64,000 nt of DNA from Entomortierella parvispora E1425 (taxonomy: Eukaryota; Fungi; Mortierellomycota): positions 2,542,001 through 2,606,000 of the forward strand of contig BQFW01000013.1 of the NCBI GenBank assembly GCA_020891255.1, given 5' to 3'. A model generated the notes under the pieces. That model had not been told where the DNA came from and searched no databases. It saw only the letters and a program-made list of their open reading frames with translations. Both the position numbers and the translations under genes were made by a program. Position 1 is the stretch's first letter; every line of letters starts with the position of its first letter. Below are positions 25,242 through 34,436 of the stretch, in pieces.

Positions 25242-26645
25242 TCATACATCTCGTCGCGTATCCTGCCTCAACCAACTGGAAGGTACACACGTTGCTCTAG
25301 GGAAACGCTTGTTTGTGGCGAGACGGGAGAAATTGTCACCAGGTTTGGCGAAAATGTCGTGTTTGCCATTGTAGCTGGTTGTGGCACGTATTGGGTTGAT
25401 GGAGCCATTCGTCTGCTTCTCTGTCGTAGCCTTTCCAAACTGATGCTGCCTGCGATAAAAGCGATACTTTAAAACTTCGTCCATTCGTACTCTTCTTCGC
25501 CATCGACTATAACCTCAGACGCTCTGGCAATTAGAATATCGTAAAGCTGCCTAGGCAACTTGAAGACTCCTTCGCTGCGATATTTCATTGAGGCAGGATC
25601 CCAAACCGTCGCTGATTCCCCAGCAGACCAGTCTACATCAGGAGAGGATATGGTCCTCCAAAGAAAATCAACTTTCGCTCCGATCTTCTTCCTATCAACA
25701 TTGATGATACCCTGGTTTCTTCTTTCAGTCGAGTCGTGGCCGGTTTTCTCCCCCATAATAATGAATGCATCTTTAACCCTTGTGGCGAGACGCCTACACA
25801 CTCCCCAGGTATTCTCCCTCCACCAAGAGTCCCCCTGTTGCGCTGCCACAAGGAAAGGCGACGACTCCGAGACAAGCAACTCTTCCCTTGATTAGTTGCA
25901 GATAGACTAATATACTTGTTCAGTTTATATGTCTATCAACAATGGAACAGGAAACGCTCTAGACAAACACTTACCACTGGTCCAAACAGTAGTGAATTAT
26001 TTTGCATTCGGAATCTTGTTGCCGCGTCTCCAGTACGGCCCTCAACCCCTCCTTGGTATCGACATCCATCCTGGCAAGCTTCTAGCACTTCGTGTCTTTT
26101 TGAGAGAACATTGGTGCAAGTAATTTTTGGATTCCACCTCTCCAGCTTTGTTAATCCGACGTCCTGCACATGCGGCAGACATTTGAAACTCGACTTCCGC
26201 AGTGCGCTGAAGCCAGAACTGTCGTTCATGATTAATTCGGAAATAGTTGAACGACGCCTTCAGTGCAAGCCGCCTTCTCTGTCGAATTACATCAGACTCC
26301 AGCAATTCCGCAGTCGTTTGGTCGGTATAGTTAAATTGATTAACAAGGTTCTAGGAGACATGTTCATCATCCTTAATTTTCTGTGCCCATTGCAGGCAAC
26401 CTTGAATCAACACCATTCAAGAGAGGAGTCTCCATGGTTGACCGTAAGTCCCTCCTTGATTTCAGAACATAGTTGATCGTATTTCGCTCCAAAGCACAAG
26501 GATTATAACATGGCTGGGATCAAGTGCGCGAGGAAATGTGGAGTACTGTGGTTCTGATTCTACTTTTGATGTGTCAAGTGCTTGGGACCCAGAGTCCGTT
26601 GGATTAACATCGATCGAGAGGTCAAAGTGTGTGGTTGGAGTCCAT
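25242..26645 (-). pseudogene. Disrupted PD-(D/E)XK (restriction-endonuclease-fold) nuclease gene
   Basis: GEKTGHDSTERRN...RKKIGAKVDFLWR...DWSAGESA...KY...FKLPRQLYDIL resembles fungal REase-fold families. Coding segments are split across frames, with shifts near 26630, 26080 and 25475. Confidence 0.6.
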
Positions 26646-28035
26646 ATCGATGGGAGGTGAGGCGGTGATGCAACTAATGTTAGTGTGGGCAAAATAAGAA
26701 CTACACTAAGAGAATGAGAGATTAGAGGGGTGGGCCGATGGACGGGAGTTTTTATATGTTTTGTTGTGGACTCTTCTATTTCCACGAACGTTTCTATCAT
26801 CAATTGATTTTTTCATCAGGTCTTGGTGGTTTCAAGAGCCTTGCTTGATCCGTACCACAGGCACGCTTCTGGGGTGCATTTTTTTATTTATTTTTTAATT
26901 GATATATGATTTCTCCTGAACGCGACCGCAGCCTTCGCGATGTCTCTTCTGTTGTGCTGTCTGTTGCATTGGCGCCATTGATGCCGGCAGAGTCTGGCAT
27001 GTTCTGCCCAGCACCAGATCTGCGGCTGTGGCTGACTCCCGAACTAGAGCTTGTGTCCTGTGAATGGGGCAATGAGGGGCTCTGCAACGCTGCCGCGCTG
27101 CTCTGTGGGGTGCGGAGTTGTGCTGAGTTGGACATCTTGTCATATTTGGCAGTCTTGGTTGTCAAGAGCCGAACGACTGCCAGTCGCGTGTTATTGTCTA
27201 GGATTCAAAAGAGGTGCAATGTCGACAACCGTTAGCTGCAATACATACTTTTGCATGGTGTCCTTGGAATCATTGAAAGAGCTGCCTACTGTTGGTGTAC
27301 TTGAAAATGCCGTCTTTAACGCCTCTCTAAACATGTGTGAAGTATGAACAATGATAAGTACTGAGATTGCTGTGTCCAAAGGGGCCATCCATGAATCGAC
27401 GCAGTCTCAATCAACAGTGCGGACCTTGACAGCGTCATTGAATCGTTCTTCAAACGAATCCCACTTTGGACAGTACTTGTCCCCGATGAAGAGTTTGATC
27501 GCGGACCGTGTGGCACCTTTCTTGTCTTTGTTGTGACGGATGGCGTCCTATGAATATCATAAAAGATAAAGAGTTGGGTATGAATAGCTAGCTAGACGTT
27601 GCCTCCCTTCTTTCACATTCTTTGGTTCTCAAACTTGCCTCGATCATGTTGACATATGGAGGGTGGTCTACCAGCCCAGAAGAGTAGCGCGAGAGTGTAC
27701 TTGAGTTCCCTCTCCGTCCGACAAAGGCACCTCGGGCATTCGAGAAGAGTGGTGGTTGTTTGAGAGGGACAGTGTTGCGAGGCGTCTGTCTCGGCCCTAA
27801 AGCCGCCATTACGCCTGGATGAGCCAACAATGACCGTCCTTTCAAACGTGGTTCTGTAGCTGGTTCATGGGATGTCAGTCGCCTAGTCCTGGTTTTTGTT
27901 TGTCGGGGCTCTAGATTGTCAATTTCGGGGTTGTTGGTAGATGCGTCCGAGGCTTGAAGCACCACTGTTTCTAAGAATGGAAGGAAAGAAGGAAGGCTGA
28001 GATGACTGCAAAAATGTTGCTCCCTGCCACTCTAG
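26573..28035. repeat. Segmental direct repeat, copy A (about 1.46 kb); partner at 31939-33458
   Basis: Near-identical colinear sequence to 31939-33458 with scattered substitutions and several short indels. Confidence 0.95.
26884..27970 (-). pseudogene. 5'-truncated copy of the H15-domain gene (exons 2-5; exon 1 missing; native stop region deleted)
   Basis: Same exon/intron structure as 32298-33799, but homology stops within intron 1 at 28035, and about 55-60 nt containing the stop codon are absent. Confidence 0.8.
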
Positions 28036-28104
28036 TTACCTTCCACTGTTCCCGCGCAAGTGCAGGATCATCCACCAGCACAGCAAAAAGTCCATAGCAA
28101 ACCA
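28036..28104 (+). other. 69-nt fragment copied from exon 1 of the LRR-RhoGEF gene (35520-35588)
   Basis: TTACCTTCC...CAGGATCATCCACCAGCACAGCAAAAAGTCCATAGCAA.CCA matches 35520-35588 at 65/69 nt. Confidence 0.92.
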
Positions 28105-28273
28105 GTCTTTTAAAAAATGTGATGACGTCACCGTTTTTTTTTTTGGAATCAAAAGGAGAGGTGGACAGATTCCATCACATCATCAGCGACCATCTCTCTT
28201 CATAATAAGCCTGTCATTTCCACTGATTCCTTTTCAAGGTAAACGTTGCATTGTATCATAAGTTTAGTTTACT

Positions 28274-28583
28274 CCAACTGTGTCTCTGAGGGTGGGATGT
28301 ACGGTCTGACTGTACGTTCATACGGATGCGGCCTCTCAGCCACTGACCAGAAGGCCTCTGCGTCTGGTAATGCTCATTGTCGGTCATCTGATGCCTCAGA
28401 GGTGCGGGCAGAGATGGAGTTTGGGTGGCTTCAAAAGTTCCAACTGTGTCTCCGAGGGTGGGATGTACGGTCTGACTGTACGTTCATACGGATGCGGCCT
28501 CTCAGCCACTGACCAGAAGGCCTCTGCGTCTGGTAATGCTCATTGTCGGTCATCTGATGCCTCAGAGGTGCGGGCAGAGATGG
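28274..28583. repeat. 166-bp partial tandem duplication (one full unit plus 144 nt)
   Basis: 28274-28417 versus 28440-28583: 143/144 identical. Confidence 0.95.
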
Positions 28584-28683
28584 GGCTCAAGGCTTAAACA
28601 GCTTTTGATTGTTTCGCGGATTTTGTCTCTTTTCGCATGCCAGGATGCCTAATCATGATCTATCTGAGTTAAAATAGCTAGAA

Positions 28684-30590
28684 ATGAAGACTTTTAAAGA
28701 ATTTCTGCTCGCAGACAATCATGGGCACGACACTTTCACGAAAGTTTACTCATGCTTTGCGGCTTATGTTGGGCGGCAGCGTGGAGAAGGGGATGAACAT
28801 TGGAAGCAATACACTTTCGACACTGACGAACTTCAAAAAGACTACTACGAGACAATCATGGAGGGAAACGTTAGTTTCTCGCATTCTTCCGCGAGTACCC
28901 TTTTGCAATCGTTCGTTCGACATCACACCGAAAGTAAGCCCCTCTCTTTAATTCCAATGAGTTGAATGCGAGGTTTATTTTGACATTTAACAATTGATGT
29001 ATTATATTTCACAGGAACAATCTCAAGCGGTTGTAACCAAGCAGCGAATGAGCGTCACGAGAGAATAAGCAAGAAACGGACTGCCTCTGATAACTCGGTG
29101 GAATTTCTGGTCTCCTCAGACAGTTCAACTACAGTCGTCAGCCCCTCCTTTGATGCCTCTAAAGGTATACAATTGTTCTACTCATTAGCGACCATATCAC
29201 CAGCAGCTTGACGCTGACGAACATATTGTGTAACGTTGTAACGTAGAGTTGACCCCTGATCACGTTGCTGTGCACGAAGAGCCGCCTTCATATTCTACTG
29301 AAAATTCATCTGAAGCGGTGGATGTGGTGGGTCAAAAGTGTAAGTATGAATTAAAAAACGTGCCTCATTTCGATGTGTAGTATCGGTAGTGAAATTGCTC
29401 ACAGTGTCATTAGGTAACTATAGCAGTGGACGCCATGGCTGCATTGAATCAAAAGACAGTTTGGAAAATTGGTGAACTGGATCTGTTGTTAAAGTTTAAC
29501 CAATTCAAGGACCAACCACGATCAAAGTTCTCCTTGTCATTGGATGGAATTGCTGATGTTACGCCAGGTTCTGAATTTGCTTTGACACTGTCTAAAGAGG
29601 AACAGATATTAGCCAATGCCACCTCCACCTCCGATACAAACATCAATGAGCGATGGACAACTCTCTCGCCAGTCCTTGCCAGAGTTTGTGCTATTCCTCA
29701 CTCTTATGAAGACGTGGTAAAAGCCTTGGAAAAAGAAGATGCAAAGGACCCTATCATCAAGTATTTACAGAACATTGTGTACAACTAGTAAGTATCCATT
29801 TTGGCTCCTACTTGTCTGATGTGACTGGAAGATGAAGCTTAAGCTTACCTCGTCTTTCAAAAATAGTTCTCACCATCTCAAGTTTTCCAGTGAAATAAGC
29901 TCGGACCTGAATGAGCGAGAAGGATTTGGCGATCTCACTTGGCCTTTCATTCGAGGTGCTTTGACGATGGTCAATATCCAAACGCATTGTTTTGAGGTGC
30001 CAATTATTGGGTCCAAGGAGAGGAAAAACTATGGACGAGATCTTGTCCTGGAGATGGAGGACCAGGCATGCATGGCAGATGGCGTCGCTGTTTTTGATGG
30101 CCATCAGATCTATATCGCGGAAGCGTCGCTCATTCACGACACTAGACAGGAGAAAAAGAGCAAGGACAGGTTCAAGGCAGTGCGGTCCATGAGAGACAGT
30201 TGGAACTGTCAAATCAGATCCATCGCCCGAGAGAGTGTACCTCCCATTGGTCTGACAGTCTTTGGTTCCGTATCCTATCAAGATGACACGACGTTCCTCG
30301 CAATGGATTTCATTGGTACTTATAGGCTCCGGCAGATTGGGAGAATGCTTGTGCCGCTGAACAAGTCGCATTTCGCAAGAAGGATGGGAATCTGTGTTAA
30401 AGCCTGCTTGAAGTTTGCTTTGGACGTGGAAGACGAGATCTTTCGGCGGAAAATGGTGGATCCTTCTGATCAAAATTTAGACGCGGCGTGTGACATGATT
30501 GAGCAGACAAGGACAACACCTGTCAAAGAGCCGAAAATAACAGCAAAAGAGGCGAAAAAAAGACGCCTCAGCGGCATTTATAACAACTAA
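28684..30590 (+). CDS. Intact 5-exon, 526-aa protein with C-terminal PD-(D/E)XK-like nuclease domain
   Basis: Exons 28684-28933, 29015-29164, 29247-29339, 29424-29787 and 29867-30590 join in frame with GT-AG junctions. Motif ADGVAVFDGHQIYIAEAS...KKSKDRFKAVRSMRD. Confidence 0.75.
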
Positions 30591-30599
30591 ATGCCTCAA

Positions 30600-31930
30600 T
30601 CATCGAAAATAAACTTGTTGAAGTACCTTTCAGAACCTCGGAGCACTCAGTCGTCTTGTGGAAAGCCGTAGGTTCTAAATGGGTGTAGTGATTTTTACTT
30701 GACTTTTAGAGTTCGCAGAAGTTGGGGTAGTTTTCTTCTTTGGAGTAATTCTTCGTGAATAATTGAAGTTGAAGATCTTCGCTTGCCAATTGCACCTCCT
30801 CTTTACCCCTTGAATCTCAAGTCGGATGTCGTCGTTCTACAGCCACACGGGTGCAAACATGAACTTGCAGATTGCCAAACGGCACCGCGATCCCTTCCCT
30901 GTGCCACAAGTTCAGTATCATCTACCACCCTTTCCTTCAGGACATGAACATCATGACCTCTTCAATGTTTTTGTTATCGCAAAGTTGGAGCTGACACCGG
31001 AGTGGATCGCCTGGTTTATGAGGAATCTTCTCCCATGCAGTTCGCTGACCCCATGCTTCAATAGAGTTCTTCGCAAAAGAACAAAGCAATTGCATCCCTT
31101 CCAGAGGTATCTCGGAAAAAAAAAGTGAGGATGTGAAAACTATTCCAACTTCAGAAAATCGTGTGTCCCGTTCTAAATGCCGAGAGCAATGGCGACGCAT
31201 GTTACTGCCCACTGCACATTTAGACTCAAGTAGACTAGCTGTGCTGTGTGCACCCCTGCAATTATTACGCAAAAGACCCCTGTAATTAATCGCGCAGTAG
31301 ACGCCTGTCGTCCACGCAGCAGACCCCTGCAATTAATCACGAAGTCTATCGATCGATTCATTTATTGTTTGAGCTTTGCGGTACTCCAACTCCTTCAGTT
31401 TAACAAATCAGCTCTTTTCTATGTGCTTCAGCTCCAATTCCACAATCTCCTTGTGGGCTTCAAGTTGCATGCGCAACATCTGATTTTGCCGATCATTAGC
31501 CCTTTCCATCACCCACGAGTTGATTTTCCAAACTGCATGATTAGCGCACAGTCCAATGGCGTGATGAATAGCGAAATAAAGACGGGGATCTGTGACACCC
31601 CGATCCTCCTCATATTTTCCTTCTAGAAAAGAAGGCGTCTCTGATTCAGTTGTATTGCCAGGCGTAAGTGCCTGCGCCCAAAAGCCGTCTTCGGAAAACG
31701 GTCTTTGATTCCGCATCCTGCCTTCTTGAAGTCGACCTTGTTTTATCAACCTCGATTGCATTAGAACAAGCGTCGGTCGCCTGACTTTCTTCCATCAGGG
31801 TATCTGTCTGCGTTCTCTTACCCGATCAAATGGTTCAAAAAAACGACTTGGTGACAGCATAGAAAACAGGACTGTTAATGTCAGAGGAAAGTACACTCAC
31901 CCGTGCTTTTCCGGATTACCTTTCATTGGA
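30600..31930 (-). pseudogene. Degenerate coding remnant of unknown family (short coiled-coil-like segment)
   Basis: ORF 31408-31761 plus out-of-frame continuation LKELEYRKAQTINESIDRLRD*, with multiple stops downstream. Confidence 0.3.
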
Positions 31931-31938
31931 GATCGTGC

Positions 31939-32227
31939 GTCAAAGTACTTGGGACCCAGTTAATGAGGTTAATGAGGTCCGCTGGATTAACGTCGATCGA
32001 GAGGTCAAAGTGTGTGGTTGGAGTCTAATGTTAGTGTGGGCAATATAGGACTATACTATGGGAATGAGAGATTAGAGGGGTGGGCATGGACGGGAGTTTT
32101 TATATGTTTTGTTGTGGACTCTTCTATTTCTACACGAACGTTTCTATCATTTAATTGAATTTTTCATCAGGTCTTGGTGGTTTCAAGGGCCTTGCTTGAT
32201 CCGTTCCCGGAGGAAACCACAGGCACA

Positions 32228-32266
<39 letters not shown>

Positions 32267-33458
32267 GATAGAATGGTCTTGTATTCTGCCTGGTATTCTA
32301 GCGCTTTTTGTGCGGTAAGGCGCGTTTGGGAATGATTTCTCCTGAACGCGATCGCAGCCTTCGCGATGTCTCTTCTGTTGTGCTGTCTGTTGTTGCATTG
32401 ACTCCACTGATGCCGGCAGAGTCTGGCATGTTCTGCCCAGCACCAGATTGGTAACTGTGGCTCACTCCCGAACTAGAGCTTATGTCCTGTGAATGGGGCA
32501 GTGAGGGACTCTGCAACGATGCCGCGCTGCTCTGTGGGGTGCGGAGTTGTGCTGAGTTGGATATCTTGTCATGTTTGGCAGTCTTGGTTGTCAAGGGCCG
32601 AATGACTGCCAGTCGCGTGTTATTGTCTAGGATTCAAAAGAGGTGCAATATCTACAACCGTTAGTTGCAATACATCCTTTGCATGCTGTGAATCACTGAA
32701 AGAGCTGCCTACTGTTGGTGTACTTGAAGATGCCCTCTTTAACGCCTCTCTAGACATGTTTGAAGTATGAACAATGATAAGTACTGAGATTGCTGTGTAC
32801 AAAGGGGCCATCCATGAATCGATACAGTCTCAATCAACAGTGCGGACCTTGACAGCGTCATTGAATCGTTCTTCAAACGAATCCCACTTTGGACAGTACT
32901 TGTCCCCGATGAAGAGCTTGATCGCGGACCGCGTGGCACCTTTCTTGTCTTTGTTGTGACGGATGGCGTCCTATGAATATCATAAAAGATAAAGAGTTGG
33001 GTATGAATAGCTAGCTAGACGTTGTCTTCCTTCTTTCACATTCTTTGGTTCTCAAACTTGCCTCGATCATGTTGACATATGGAGGGTGGTCTACCAGCCC
33101 AGAAGAGTAGCGCGAGAGTGTACTTGAGTTCCCTCTCCGTCCGACAAAGGCACCTCGGGCATTCGAGAAGAGTGGCGGTTGTTTGAGAGGGACAGTGTTA
33201 CGAGGCGTCTGTCTCGGCCCTAAAGCTGCCATTACGCCTGGATGAGCCAACAATGACTGCTTTTTCAAACGTGGTTCTGTAGCTGGTTCACGGGATGTCA
33301 GTCGCCTAGTCCTAGTCTTTGTTTGTCGGGGCTCTGGATTGTCAATCTCGGGGTTGTTGATAGGTACGTCCGAGGCTTGAAGCACCACTGTTTCTAAGAA
33401 TGGAAGGAAACAAGGAAAGCTGAGATGACTGCAAAAATGTTGCTCCCTACCACTCTAG
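31939..33458. repeat. Segmental direct repeat, copy B (about 1.52 kb)
   Basis: Partner of 26573-28035. Confidence 0.95.
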
Positions 33459-33799
33459 GTCATGATTTCTATGGGAGACTACACGGCCTCTCTACCTTTG
33501 GGTGCTGGACCTCGAGATCTCTGGTGACGCGATGGCATTGCTGGTCCTTGCTCGATTTTTCTTTTCAGTGTGTTGCCATGTTTATGCTCCATCTCTGGTG
33601 CAGCTCCCTGCTGTTGTAGTGGATCTTCTTGCACCGTCAGTTGCGTCTGACTCGATTGACCGAGGAGTGGCTGCTGATCCGATCGGTGGCGATCTTGTGT
33701 CCTCCCTTGGCGAGTTGACGCAGATGCTTGTTCCGCAAGAGACACTGATGGTTCAAGGGACGATGGAGGAGAGGAGGAGGAGGTGTTGTCAGCAGACAT
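32298..33799 (-). CDS. Linker histone H1/H5 globular (H15) domain protein, 374 aa, 5 exons
   Basis: Exons 33496-33799, 33062-33393, 32848-32970, 32713-32749 and 32298-32626 give HPPYVNMIEDAIRHNKDKKGATRSAIKLFIGDKY...FEERFNDAVKRGVKEGIF, matching the H15 winged-helix pattern. Intron 2 is GC-AG. Confidence 0.8.
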
Positions 33800-33989
33800 G
33801 AGAGACAAGAGGATGAGTGATCAGATTATGTTGCAAGAGTAAGTAGACAGAGACGAGGAGAAGGAGGAGGAGGGTAGAGAGAAGATTCAAAGAAAGAGGA
33901 AGCTGATAGCGATGAGGAGAGGAGAGGAGAGGCAAGAAAGAAGTGAAGCAGTGAGGAAGGGAAGAAGGGAGAGAGTGTGTGTGGATCCA

Positions 33990-33990
<1 letters not shown>

Positions 33991-34034
<44 letters not shown>

Positions 34035-34123
34035 TGTGTGTGTGTGAGTGTGAGGTGGATCCCTCTCCTGAACGACAGACAGACAGACAGCCAGCCAGAA
34101 AGACAGACAGACAGACAGACAGA
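33991..34123. repeat. (TG)n microsatellite followed by (ACAG)n in the divergent promoter between the H15 and LRR-RhoGEF genes
   Basis: Directly visible dinucleotide and tetranucleotide runs. Confidence 0.9.
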
Positions 34124-34436
34124 CAGGAACTGCGAATAAAAAGTGCTACTATAATATAATAAATAAACTTATCAGGATAAATTTTTAGTTTACTCTTTCC
34201 CCACACACGCTTTTTCCATTCTCCGCCCCTGACACTGACACGGCATGGGCTAACAACATCGAACATCCCGCCCATCTACTTGCTGCAGTACGCGCTACTT
34301 TTCATCATCATCCGTGCTTGTTGTTGTTGTTGTCGTTGTCACTGCCGTGGTCATCTCTCATTCTCTCATCATCCAACCCTGTCCTTCGTCCCTTCTTCCA
34401 TCTCCTCTCCAGACCTCTTCCATTCGGTCCGCTGCA

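Noticed and set aside
28274-28583. Hammerhead ribozyme / Penelope pseudo-LTR
   Set aside because: No CUGANGA...GAAA core on either strand, and no reverse transcriptase in the window.
29786-29788. Apparent TAG stop ending ORF 29426..29788
   Set aside because: It spans an exon-intron junction (TA|GTAAGT). Splicing to 29867 gives TAT and continues the frame.
32233-32262. 30-nt poly(A) on the minus strand after the H15 stop, as a retrocopy tail
   Set aside because: Both copies retain introns, and long A/T homopolymers are common throughout this window.
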